Assembly: GCA_029838195.1 (NCBI GenBank)
Contig: JALGVJ010000005.1
Coordinates: forward strand, 100,859 to 164,858
Length of the DNA stretch: 64,000 bases
From: Promethearchaeota archaeon
GTDB taxonomy: Archaea > Asgardarchaeota > Lokiarchaeia > Sigyniarchaeales > SOKP01
Reading direction: 5' to 3'
The translations under genes and the position numbers were made by a program. Position 1 is the stretch's first letter. Each line of letters starts with the position of its first letter. The notes under the pieces are model-generated. The model was not told the origin of the DNA, ran no database searches, and was given only the letters and a program-made list of their open reading frames with translations. Positions 19,990-30,108 of this stretch are shown piece by piece.

Positions 19990-22900
19990 ATGGTACAAAT
20001 CACGAGCGTTGACATTGAAGAGGAGGAAGAAGAGGGAAGAATTAAACAAGGAACGATTGCACAGTTTATGCGCAAGAGGACCCAATTAGTCGGGTTTGAA
20101 TTTGGTTATTGGAAGCACGTGCAATACTGTGCTGAATTTTTAGATAATGCTTTAGATGCAATCGAGGAGTTTCAATGGCAAGAGTTAAAGAAACCCGATT
20201 CCAAAATAAAATTCTCCTTAGATCAAGAATTATCCTTAGAAAATATCTCATTGATAGAGGATGAGATGGAAAAACGGGATGCTCAAAGGCTCGAATACAA
20301 TGCTAAAGAAATTCTCAAAAAAGAACTTGAAAATGGGGTTGAGTTAACTAAGCAAAAAGATTCTAAAATTTTAAAGGAGGAAAAAGAGGAAGGGGCTGTA
20401 GAATTAAAAGATAAGAAGAAGATAGAAATTGAAGAAGAAGTAATGAATATCATTGAAGACATGACAGAACTTTTAAAACCCGTTGAAAAAATCATTGATA
20501 CAGAACCTTTAGTAATAATTAGACTAAGAGAGGCAGAAGCCTCTACTTATTTAACTGCAGAATTAAATCAGAAAAATGTTATGAGTTATACTTTTGAAAT
20601 TTTTGATAATGGAATTGGAATGAATAGGGGTGATATTAAGAAATTCGGTCAATATTTAGCGTCTTCAAAAAGCACCCAATTAAAACAAACAAGAGGAAGT
20701 CAAGGATTTGGAGCACCCAGTGCCTTCAGCGACGCACAAAATACTACAGGAAAACCAATTATCTGTGTATCAAAAAGCGCAGAAAACGTTTATGCAACCG
20801 TAACTGAGTTTTTTACTACTTCTAAAAATAAAAAAAGATACGTGATTCACCCTACAGATATAGACAGCCCATTCCTCCATGGTACATATATAAAATTAAA
20901 TTATTTGAACACGAAATATATACGGGGATATGTAGACACTTACATAAGAGAAACTGCCATGCTAAATAGTCACATCACAATAATTTACATTGATCCTTAT
21001 GGTAAAGAAGAAAAATACCCACGATTAGCATTAAGTTTTCCCGAGGAACCTAAATATGCTAAACCACATCCTGCTTCTACTAATATCGGCGATCTTCAAG
21101 ATCTTTTGTCAAAATCGGAAAGTTATAAAACTCTTACTTCATTTTTGAAGGATAATTTTGTGAGGATAAGTCAAAAGGTCGCCGATAAAATAATTGATTT
21201 AGCAGAAAAAGATCTCCAAGATAAACTCAATATATTAATTTTAAAAGATGGTTTTTTAACAAAGGGTTCAAAATCTACTGATAGCATCTATTTTGCTCGT
21301 AAAGAAAAGCGAATATATGGTAAATCAACTAAACCTCGAGATAAGCTTGTTATATATCAATTAACCTCGGAGGAATTATTAAATAAATATTGGAAATTAA
21401 TAGGAGAATATGATCAACAATTAAAAAAAAATAAAAAAATAGTAAAAGAGATTAAAAAATTAAATGATAAAATAGAAAAGAGTGAAATTAAAAAAGAAAT
21501 TAAGGTTTATAAAAAAGAAATAGATCAATTAAAGAAAAAAATTAAAACACTTAGGAAAAATAAAGAAGATATTAAAAATAAATTACATGAGCTTTTAATA
21601 TCTTCAAAAGAAGGACTGATTGAGTTAAAAAAATTTAAAAAAAGAGAAGATTTTGAAGATTTAATTAATGAGGTTCAAATATCAAAAACCAAACCATCTA
21701 ATTTGACCAAAAATCAATTTGATTCCTTATTTTTAGCTTTTAAATCAATTAATTACATGGCACCTCCCACAGATACTGTGATCCCCGTAGAAGAAACTAC
21801 TTTAGAAAATACAATGATAAAAGAATTAGGACTGAAAATTTCTGAAAATCTTGATGATTTTGACACGCCCGTTGATACATTAAAAGAGTTCCGAGAACAA
21901 TTGCTTGAAGAAAAACGAAAACTACTTGCGGGAAATAACGTAAAAAATAATCCTAATCCTTTTTCTCAAATCACGGTGGAAGAAAATGAACTCATTCAAT
22001 TAAATTCGCAAATTTTAGCAAGTATTTACATTAATACAACAAAAACATCGAAAGAGAGAGTAATTCAAACCATTGAAGATATTGTGTCTTTAGAAGAGAC
22101 AGAATCTAAAGAATCGTATGAAGAGATTTTTGAATATTTTTTAGAAACATTTAGTAAAGATGACGATTTTGTTGCTGCTGAAACAAGACGTCCCACTAGC
22201 GGCAAAGGTTTAGCCTACGTTGTCGAAGCCGTTTTGGCATATTCAAATAGATTAGAAATCCCAAAACGCTCCAGAGATGTTTTATCTCGATTTGTAAATA
22301 GAACGCCAAAACTAAGAGATAGTGCCGATTGTGCCATTACAAAAGCAGTACAATCCGTAAACTGGAAGAATTATAAATTAGATACTTACGATAATAACTT
22401 ACCTAAAGGACCAATTAAACTTTTAGTAAATGTTTCAGGACCATATGTTCATTTAATGTTTAAATCCCAATCTAAAAATGCTCTTGCCGATGATGAGAAT
22501 TTAATAAAAGAGATAAAATATTGTTTAGAAGCCATCGGAAGAAGATTAAGAGTATATCTCAATAGAAGAATTGCGATTACTAAAAGAGAAAAAAGAGCGA
22601 ATTTAATAGAAAAATATATCCCGAAATTTGTTAATAGTCTCTATAACATTGCTAAAGAAGGAAGTAAATTTAAAGATAGTTTGAAAAAAGAAGAGTTAGA
22701 GATGTTAATTAGAACTTCAATTACAAAAAAGACGCCCCTTCAAATCGCGCCTAAATTGATAATTAAACCTAAAGAAGAGAAAAAATTAGAGAAACCAAAA
22801 GATTTAGAAAAAAAGAGGGAAATATCCCTTAAAGAAAAAGGCGAAAAGCCATCGAAAAAGAAGGAATTAGAGAAGAAACCATTGATAAAAGACATTCCGA

Positions 22901-23385
22901 AAGACCTAAATAAATTGACTATTAAACAATTAAGAAGCTTAGCCAAGAAAAATGATATTAAAATACCTTCTAAGGTAAAAAAGAGTGAAATTATAAAAAT
23001 AATAAAGAAAGAAATCTACAAAGAAGAAGCACTTGTTGAAACGCCTTTAGTGGAAGAAAAAGAAATTGAAAAAGTTAAAACAAAAACTAAAGAGGAAACA
23101 AAACAAATTTTACCGGAAACTTCATTAAAGAAAGTTAAAGTTAAGGAGAAAACTAAAAAGAAATTACCCAAACCTAAGCAAATGGAATTGCCAATAATAA
23201 CTACGGATAGAATTTTAGAGGTTTTAACCGATGAGTGGCAAACTATAAAACATTTAATTTTTAAATTAAAAATTAAGGACATGTTGGATGCTCGATATTT
23301 AACAGTTAAATTGAAAGAATTGGAAAGAAAAGGAATAGTCGAAATGGACATCAAAACTGGAAAAACGCATTGGAGATTAAAATGA
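19990..23385 (+). CDS. top6B: DNA topoisomerase VI subunit B, expanded with insertions and a C-terminal extension
   Basis: GHKL motifs EFLDNALDA, DNGIG, QTRGSQGFG, HGT; KPHP; RFVNRTP; upstream of top6A. Confidence 0.92.
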   Translation: MVQITSVDIEEEEEEGRIKQGTIAQFMRKRTQLVGFEFGYWKHVQYCAEFLDNALDAIEEFQWQELKKPDSKIKFSLDQELSLENISLIEDEMEKRDAQRLEYNAKEILKKELENGVELTKQKDSKILKEEKEEGAVELKDKKKIEIEEEVMNIIEDMTELLKPVEKIIDTEPLVIIRLREAEASTYLTAELNQKNVMSYTFEIFDNGIGMNRGDIKKFGQYLASSKSTQLKQTRGSQGFGAPSAFSDAQNTTGKPIICVSKSAENVYATVTEFFTTSKNKKRYVIHPTDIDSPFLHGTYIKLNYLNTKYIRGYVDTYIRETAMLNSHITIIYIDPYGKEEKYPRLALSFPEEPKYAKPHPASTNIGDLQDLLSKSESYKTLTSFLKDNFVRISQKVADKIIDLAEKDLQDKLNILILKDGFLTKGSKSTDSIYFARKEKRIYGKSTKPRDKLVIYQLTSEELLNKYWKLIGEYDQQLKKNKKIVKEIKKLNDKIEKSEIKKEIKVYKKEIDQLKKKIKTLRKNKEDIKNKLHELLISSKEGLIELKKFKKREDFEDLINEVQISKTKPSNLTKNQFDSLFLAFKSINYMAPPTDTVIPVEETTLENTMIKELGLKISENLDDFDTPVDTLKEFREQLLEEKRKLLAGNNVKNNPNPFSQITVEENELIQLNSQILASIYINTTKTSKERVIQTIEDIVSLEETESKESYEEIFEYFLETFSKDDDFVAAETRRPTSGKGLAYVVEAVLAYSNRLEIPKRSRDVLSRFVNRTPKLRDSADCAITKAVQSVNWKNYKLDTYDNNLPKGPIKLLVNVSGPYVHLMFKSQSKNALADDENLIKEIKYCLEAIGRRLRVYLNRRIAITKREKRANLIEKYIPKFVNSLYNIAKEGSKFKDSLKKEELEMLIRTSITKKTPLQIAPKLIIKPKEEKKLEKPKDLEKKREISLKEKGEKPSKKKELEKKPLIKDIPKDLNKLTIKQLRSLAKKNDIKIPSKVKKSEIIKIIKKEIYKEEALVETPLVEEKEIEKVKTKTKEETKQILPETSLKKVKVKEKTKKKLPKPKQMELPIITTDRILEVLTDEWQTIKHLIFKLKIKDMLDARYLTVKLKELERKGIVEMDIKTGKTHWRLK

Positions 23386-23414
23386 TTGCCTTGGAGGAGG
23401 GTGATTAATTAAAA

Positions 23415-24605
23415 ATGAGTAAAAAAAAAGTAAAAGAGTGGAATTTAAAAGCTGCTAAAGAATTAATAAAAAGTTATCTGGAAAAACATAAACACGAAGA
23501 AGGGAAATCATTATCTCTTCCTGAAGGAACAATCCGAATAGAAGATCTAGATAGAAAGCAAGTATTATCTAGAATATATAATGTTGTCGATGAAATCATT
23601 GAAAAAGTGTACAAATCAGGAAAGCCTTCTATTAAGCTACCATCAAGAAGTAGTTCAAATATTATATGGGATGAAGAAAATGATTTATTGCTCCTTGGTG
23701 AACAAATTATGGAAAAACAATTTCATTCCTTAACCAGCGTGGCAGACTTCACTAGATTAGTTCGGGTATTGGAAATAATTAATGAATTACTGTTAAAAAA
23801 TATTCATGCTACAAAACGAGAGATTTTTTACAATGATGTAAAGTTATTTGGAGACCAAAAGAATAGTGATAAATGTATAGAAGATGTAGCAACCATGTTA
23901 TATACCACTAGAAATTCAACGCATATCGTTGCTTCTGCTAAAGGTTCTTGTATCGGGAGATTGCGGATTAGAGATAGAAATGACATAATTGATCTCGAAG
24001 GATTGGGGAGCGGTGGATGGACGATAAGTCCCATGCTTGACAATATAGAGATTTTAGAGTCTGATGCCGAATTTATTCTAGTAGTAGAAAAAGATGCAGC
24101 CATGATTCGTTTATCAGAAGCAAGATTTTGGAAGCAATATCCTTGTATTATTTTAACAGCTAAAGGAGCCGCTGATATTGCTACTAGAATGTTTTTAAAA
24201 AGATTAAGTAAGGAACTTAAATTACCCGTTTTTAGTTTAGTTGATAGCGATCCGTATGGACATTATATTCATTCTGTATATTTAAGAGGATCGAAACGGT
24301 TGAGCTATGAATCACCTTTTTTAGCAACACCAAATATAAAACTATTAGGTGTTTTAACGAGAGATTTGGATAAATATCACATCCCAAATGATTGCAGATT
24401 GCCCATGAATAAAATGGATTTAAAAAGAACTAAGGAACTATTAAATGAAAGCTTTGTGAAAAAAAATAAAGAATGGGAAAAAGACCTCCAATTGGCATTG
24501 AGATTGAAAATTAAAGCTGAAATTCAAGCGTTATCTTCTCATGGCTTTGAATTTCTAACTGATCAATATCTTCCAGAAAAATTAACTACAGGTGATTGGA
24601 TTTGA
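23415..24605 (+). CDS. top6A: DNA topoisomerase VI subunit A (Spo11 homologue)
   Basis: TKREIFY (catalytic Tyr), VVEKDA, DSDPYG, KAEIQAL. Confidence 0.96.
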   Translation: MSKKKVKEWNLKAAKELIKSYLEKHKHEEGKSLSLPEGTIRIEDLDRKQVLSRIYNVVDEIIEKVYKSGKPSIKLPSRSSSNIIWDEENDLLLLGEQIMEKQFHSLTSVADFTRLVRVLEIINELLLKNIHATKREIFYNDVKLFGDQKNSDKCIEDVATMLYTTRNSTHIVASAKGSCIGRLRIRDRNDIIDLEGLGSGGWTISPMLDNIEILESDAEFILVVEKDAAMIRLSEARFWKQYPCIILTAKGAADIATRMFLKRLSKELKLPVFSLVDSDPYGHYIHSVYLRGSKRLSYESPFLATPNIKLLGVLTRDLDKYHIPNDCRLPMNKMDLKRTKELLNESFVKKNKEWEKDLQLALRLKIKAEIQALSSHGFEFLTDQYLPEKLTTGDWI

Positions 24606-25123
24606 GAATTTTTAATAAAAAGGATGGGGGAATTGTACAAGTTATCGATAAAGAAAAGATGAAGGATTGGCCCGTGGAATTGCCATTAATTTTTGTTGAA
24701 TACATGCGGGAAAAAAAGGTAAATACTTATGACGATCCTAAGGTAAAAAAAGAAGTTTCGAAATATTTAGATGAAATTTTAAGAGATATAGCCATGCCAA
24801 GATTAATCTCTTTGTTAAAGGAAGAAAAGGAAGAAGAAATCATCATGGCGCTTGAGAGATTAAAAGAATTGGCTCAAAAAAACTTGGAAATGGTAAAACC
24901 CATGCGCCCTTATTTAGATGATTTATTGAAAAAAAAAAATAAACAAATCGTTAAATTAGCTAAATCTATTTCTGAAAGTTTTGCTCGAGCGGAAAAAAAT
25001 AAGCTATTAGCTGAAAAAAGAAAATTAATGCAAGAAAAAGAGAATTTATTTTTACAAGGGAAAATAACTGCCGAAGAATACGCAAAATACAGAAAAGAGT
25101 ATTTATTATTAAAAAAGGGTTAA
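24596..25123 (+). CDS. hypothetical protein with HEAT-like helices and C-terminal SHOCT-like motif
   Basis: MPRLISLL...LDDLL helical repeats; LQGKITAEEY..RKEYL; overlaps the top6A stop. Confidence 0.6.
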   Translation: MDLRIFNKKDGGIVQVIDKEKMKDWPVELPLIFVEYMREKKVNTYDDPKVKKEVSKYLDEILRDIAMPRLISLLKEEKEEEIIMALERLKELAQKNLEMVKPMRPYLDDLLKKKNKQIVKLAKSISESFARAEKNKLLAEKRKLMQEKENLFLQGKITAEEYAKYRKEYLLLKKG

Positions 25124-25129
25124 ATATTC

Positions 25130-25816
25130 ATGGTGTGGAAGGAAGAAAAATTCATTGAATTCATTTTAGATAATAATGTTCTCGAATTTGTTGATACCCC
25201 TTTCACCCTAAAATCGGGAAGACTTTCATATTGGTATATTAATTGGAGAAATATTTCAGAAGATGTCTTTTTATTAGAAAAATTAACAGATTTTATTTTG
25301 GATTATGTAGACGATTTTAATCTAGATCCGGATACATTTTATGGCGTGCCCGAAGGAGCAACAAAATTAGGGATTATAACTCAATACAAGTGGGCTAAAT
25401 GTCATGATAGGTTAAAAAAAGGCGATTTTGTGTTATCCATGGGGAGAGCATTACCAAAAGATCATGGAGATCCAAAAGATAAATATTTTTTAGGAAAACC
25501 GCGAGGGAAAGTTGTTATATTAGAAGATACTATCACTACTGGAGAATCCTTATTAAATACAGTAAAAATCATGAAAAGTATGAATATAAATATAGGTGCG
25601 ATTATCTGCTTATCCAATCGAAATGAATTAAGGGCAGATGGTAAGAATATTGCAGACATTATAAAAGATTTAAATATTAAATTCCATTCCATGAGCAATG
25701 CTATCGATATCCTACCTCGTGCAATAAAAAAATTTCAACTTAAAAAATCCCTCATCCAAGAGATAAAAAACTATTTTGAAAAGTATGGTAGCGTGAAATT
25801 AAACTTAGATACATGA
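25130..25816 (+). CDS. pyrE: orotate phosphoribosyltransferase
   Basis: FTLKSGRLSYWY, PKDHG, PRPP-binding loop VVILEDTITTGES. Confidence 0.88.
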   Translation: MVWKEEKFIEFILDNNVLEFVDTPFTLKSGRLSYWYINWRNISEDVFLLEKLTDFILDYVDDFNLDPDTFYGVPEGATKLGIITQYKWAKCHDRLKKGDFVLSMGRALPKDHGDPKDKYFLGKPRGKVVILEDTITTGESLLNTVKIMKSMNINIGAIICLSNRNELRADGKNIADIIKDLNIKFHSMSNAIDILPRAIKKFQLKKSLIQEIKNYFEKYGSVKLNLDT

Positions 25817-25882
25817 TTTCTTGAAATACAGATCCTTTTCGCAAGGTCATGAATTAGAATGTTTAAGGTTTTTTGGCGTATT

Positions 25883-26458
25883 CTAATCCGCAGATATAGG
25901 ATTCTTTTCAAGGAAAAAGTTTCTCCACGTTTTTATTAAATTAGAGAGCATTTTTATGAGAATCCTTTCTGAAGTGGTTAATTTTTTCTCTTCTTCCAAA
26001 GAAAATTCAGAAATTGCCAATTTTAGAATTTTTAATAATCTTGTATCAATTAAATTCGAATAATAAGAATTAAAATTATCCATTGCTAAATTAGTTTTAA
26101 TACCTTTATCCACGTCATTTTTCATAATTGTTTTAAATTCTTTAATTTTATTTAAGAGGAATTCCTGTTCTGGATTAGCTAGTTGTTGTTCATTTTTTTC
26201 ATTAAAAGCATGCCTTTGTACATCAAGGTGATCGCATTTATCCGCAGGAGACACGCTTAAAATATTCTTTTCAATAAGAGGAAGTGCTAGGAAAAACGGC
26301 AGATTATATTTATTGTTGTTTTTAAATTTTGGAAAAGAATATCCTAATAATTCAAATCCGTTATAATCTTTTACACAATAAGTTTGAATTATTTCATGCT
26401 GAAAGATTAAATTAATACGTCTTAAAGAGTTAATTAGATTTTGAGAAATTAAATTCAT
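25883..26458 (-). CDS. gins23: GINS complex subunit Gins23 (Psf2/Psf3-like)
   Basis: N-terminal beta-rich B domain (VKDY...LPFFLALPL) followed by a helical A domain (LIDTRLLKILKLA, LTTSE...WR); near mcm. Confidence 0.72.
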   Translation of the reverse strand: MNLISQNLINSLRRINLIFQHEIIQTYCVKDYNGFELLGYSFPKFKNNNKYNLPFFLALPLIEKNILSVSPADKCDHLDVQRHAFNEKNEQQLANPEQEFLLNKIKEFKTIMKNDVDKGIKTNLAMDNFNSYYSNLIDTRLLKILKLAISEFSLEEEKKLTTSERILIKMLSNLIKTWRNFFLEKNPISAD

Positions 26459-26575
26459 GAATTATTCTGGACGGGTTATTAAAATTAGAGAGATTTTATT
26501 TAATTGATAATGCTCATTATCTATTAATAAATTAATCTTTTTTATGCGTTAAAAAATTTTTTAAAAGGAAAATAT

Positions 26576-29500
26576 ATGATGTTAGAACTCGTTTTCGTGC
26601 TTATTTTTATTGGTTTTTCAATTTTTGGGTTTATAATAATCTATAGACAAGTTAATTTAATTAAAAAAGGCGAGTTTACTTTAAAAGATCGGTTATTTTG
26701 CTTTATTTATGCTATATTTTTTGCCATGGGAGCAAGTGTCGTAATTGGGATGGCAATAATTTTCACGATTGAAACACCAGATTTTTGGGAGACTAGTGAA
26801 ACACCTCCTCCCACGTTTAATCCTTTATTTTTTTTAATTCCATTTTTTGCTTGTTTAGGTTATATATCAATCTATCCCTTAATGGATTTTTTATTCATGG
26901 CATTAAATAAAAGAACAGAAAGAGGTTTCACTCCGATCCATGAATTTATTGAGGACAAGATAATTAATTTGAAGGAAAATCACGTGGTAAGAATAATTAT
27001 TTCAGTATTGTTGTATCTAGGAGCGATTATAGCCCCTATCATGATTCTTACGTTAATAGGTGTACCTTTAATCATTAGTTATATTTCTTGGGTCCTAATT
27101 TATCCTTTAATTATTCTAACATATTTTGGCTCGAAAGGATACATAGCCGGAATTTCTGATGTATTTTATCACATTCCCGACATGAGAAGATCAATATTTT
27201 TGCATTTTGAAGATAGAAAACGTGCTTTTAATGAATTTGCAATGAATCCTGCCCCTTATATTATTTTTGGTCTAATGATTTTTGTATATATATGGGCGTG
27301 GATTTCAATGATTCAAACAATTGTATTTTTTTTCACGGGAACTTTAGCTTTTTCTACCATGTCATCTTATTTTGTTTTTATCACTTTATTTTTAGGAATA
27401 TCAGGATATTTTACCAGGTATTTTGGAAGACAAGTGCAGTCTAAAGGGTATCATCTTCTATTTGCGGCATACTTGATGACAGCAATTGGGATTAATGTTT
27501 TAGTAAATTTTTTATTAGTAAATCCGGATAAACTTGAATTTGTTTTTTCTCTTACATCTCTAACGAGTGAGATTACACCGAATTATAAATCATTCGCGTG
27601 GGCAGCCATTATAGAAGAAGTTGTTTTATTAATCATAACTACCTATTATTTTTTAGCTTTAAATGATGAGTACATACAAAATATCAGGTATTCAAAAATA
27701 ACAGAAAGTAGCCAAAATTTTGATCCTCTTCCATTGTTCAATTTAATGAAAAATAAAAATATTAGAATACGGGAACATGCAAGAGAACATCTGGTTTTAA
27801 TGTTTGAAAGGATTCCTTTAAAATCTGAGCTTGATATTAATAACCCAAAATTTAAATTCCCTCTTTTAGATGGAATTTCTGATTCGAATAGCCTTTTAAG
27901 AAGGACTTGTATTGAAATTCTTGATGATTTAAAAGAAAAAAACCCAGAAACCATTTTATCATGGATTATTGAATCCATGCACTCTCCTAATTTAGACAAG
28001 AGTATCCCCTTGATACATTTGCTTCTTAAAATGGAAAATAAATATATTAATAAGATTCCTATTGAGGATATCTTGAATTTAATTTACGATTCAGAGTGGA
28101 GATTAAAATTCTTAGGTTTAAAATTAATATCTAAGCTAGGTTTTGAAAACAACGCTTTAATTTCTTATTTAAATATGGATGAGCTGTTATACCACGCAAA
28201 TTTTCAAGTACAATTAGAAGCGCTTAAATTAATCGGAAAAAGCTCTCAAAAAATAAATATCTCCTTGATAATTGAGAAGATCCACCATCCAAATAAGAAA
28301 ATTAGGGCGCAAGCTATAAGGGTTCTGCAAATAATCGAAAAAGAAAAACTAAACCCTTATATTCACTCAAGAATATTACCTCTTTTAAATGATCCTTCTG
28401 GAGAGGTCCGGGCCGCAACTTTTAATTTTTTTGCAAGCAGAGAAAAGCCATTGGAATTAGGAATCCCCCTCGGTCCCTTTATAGAAGGATTAACTGATCC
28501 TAATGAAGAAGTAAGAAGAGCTTCCGTAAAAATATTAGAAAAAATATTCATGGAAGATCCTAAAACCTTTGATCTAAATGTTATAATTAATAGAATTGAT
28601 CCAACCAATATTGAGGCATTAAATAGCATTCTTTCTCTATTAGGAAAAATTTGGGATCGAGATCCCGAAAAAGTTCTCTTAATATTTTTAACATTTATAA
28701 AATTTGACGATATCCAGCTAAAAAACACGATTTCCCGAATTTTAATATCTAAATATGATACCAATCCAAATTTAATTTTAGATAATTTAATTAAAATACC
28801 TGATGATTATAAATTTCTTTCAAAAGGAATCATTTCAACAACGCTCATTCAAATAGCAAAGAAAGATCCAGAGAAAAACATTCCAATTTTACTAAGATAT
28901 TTGAAATCTGATAATGAAGACATTGTTTTGAATGCATTATTATCATTGGAAGGATTACTAGATGATCATACTGATATGATTGAATTGTCTCCGATTTTAT
29001 CTGTTTTTAAAAGAAAGGTGAATACTCGGATAAAAAGACAAAGTTCAAAATTTTTATTAGACCTTGTTAAAAAACATCCTCTTAAAATTAAATCATCATT
29101 AAGCGAAATTTTTAAAATCCTTGATACTCAAGATCCTTCTGTAAGAATTTCATTATCAAAAGCACTATTAGAGATAATTAAAGACACCCCTAAGATAGTT
29201 TCATTGAGTTCCATTCAAACACTTCTTGAAGATGAGGAACCCTTAGTTAGAGAAGCCGCTACAAAAATTTTTGGGTACATGGGTGCTTTATATCCCGAAG
29301 AAATACAAAAAATGTTGCTACAAAAAGCATTAAAAGATGGAGAATGGATGGTCAGAGTAGCTGCGGTTTCCAGTTTAGGCAAATTAGCTCGAAATGTTAA
29401 AGATAAGACATTAATCATCGAAAATCTCGTCACTTTATTGGATGATCCTGAGAATTGGGTCAGGAGAACCACCATGAATGTATTGGCAAACATTCCAGAA

Positions 29501-29926
29501 GTATCAGCCTCCAACATACCTTTTGAAAAGGTTGTTTCCAATTTAAATAGCGAGGACCCGAAAGTAAGGGAAGGATCCGTTGGATTATTAAAAATATATA
29601 GCTTTAACAATATAGATAGAATTTTTGATAAAATAATCATGCTTTTAGGAGATGAATCTGACTCTGTTAGATTCAAGATGGTCTCAACCATGGTCGAAAT
29701 TATTGAAAAAATTGGTCTCTCAGAAATATTATCAAAACTATTGAAAAATCTAAGTGAAGAAACATCCATAGAAACTCAAAGATCAATTGCACTAATTTTG
29801 AGAAGAACTACTAAGTATGAAGAAGAAAAAATTAAGAAACGCGTAATTTCAGTATTAAAAATTCGATGTGAAATGAGCCAAGATCCCGTTATTTGTAAAG
29901 TCTTTCAAGAATTAAAAACTATTTAA
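26576..29926 (+). CDS. polytopic membrane protein (~9-10 TM) fused to a long HEAT-repeat solenoid
   Basis: The first ~360 aa are hydrophobic helices; then repeated LLxDP/DE-x-VR..A units (LLNDPSGEVRAA, LTDPNEEVRRA, LEDEEPLVREAA, LKDGEWMVRVAA, LDDPENWVRR). Confidence 0.85.
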   Translation: MMLELVFVLIFIGFSIFGFIIIYRQVNLIKKGEFTLKDRLFCFIYAIFFAMGASVVIGMAIIFTIETPDFWETSETPPPTFNPLFFLIPFFACLGYISIYPLMDFLFMALNKRTERGFTPIHEFIEDKIINLKENHVVRIIISVLLYLGAIIAPIMILTLIGVPLIISYISWVLIYPLIILTYFGSKGYIAGISDVFYHIPDMRRSIFLHFEDRKRAFNEFAMNPAPYIIFGLMIFVYIWAWISMIQTIVFFFTGTLAFSTMSSYFVFITLFLGISGYFTRYFGRQVQSKGYHLLFAAYLMTAIGINVLVNFLLVNPDKLEFVFSLTSLTSEITPNYKSFAWAAIIEEVVLLIITTYYFLALNDEYIQNIRYSKITESSQNFDPLPLFNLMKNKNIRIREHAREHLVLMFERIPLKSELDINNPKFKFPLLDGISDSNSLLRRTCIEILDDLKEKNPETILSWIIESMHSPNLDKSIPLIHLLLKMENKYINKIPIEDILNLIYDSEWRLKFLGLKLISKLGFENNALISYLNMDELLYHANFQVQLEALKLIGKSSQKINISLIIEKIHHPNKKIRAQAIRVLQIIEKEKLNPYIHSRILPLLNDPSGEVRAATFNFFASREKPLELGIPLGPFIEGLTDPNEEVRRASVKILEKIFMEDPKTFDLNVIINRIDPTNIEALNSILSLLGKIWDRDPEKVLLIFLTFIKFDDIQLKNTISRILISKYDTNPNLILDNLIKIPDDYKFLSKGIISTTLIQIAKKDPEKNIPILLRYLKSDNEDIVLNALLSLEGLLDDHTDMIELSPILSVFKRKVNTRIKRQSSKFLLDLVKKHPLKIKSSLSEIFKILDTQDPSVRISLSKALLEIIKDTPKIVSLSSIQTLLEDEEPLVREAATKIFGYMGALYPEEIQKMLLQKALKDGEWMVRVAAVSSLGKLARNVKDKTLIIENLVTLLDDPENWVRRTTMNVLANIPEVSASNIPFEKVVSNLNSEDPKVREGSVGLLKIYSFNNIDRIFDKIIMLLGDESDSVRFKMVSTMVEIIEKIGLSEILSKLLKNLSEETSIETQRSIALILRRTTKYEEEKIKKRVISVLKIRCEMSQDPVICKVFQELKTI

Positions 29927-30108
29927 AGAGATGACTATTATTTAATTTTCTTAATTGAATTTTTGATAAATCTTCTCACTCTCTTTTTTTAATATATTTC
30001 ATTGTTATCTCTTTGATAAATTATTGCTTAATAAGCAGTATTAAAAGAAATCAAAAATAATTTTGGTAATATAGAGAAAAAAAGTGGTGATAAACGCTGA
30101 CCTCACCA

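Noticed and set aside
20165-22155. Top6B insertions as possible inteins
   Set aside because: No Cys/Ser start with block B TxxH, no terminal HN-C/S/T and no endonuclease motifs.
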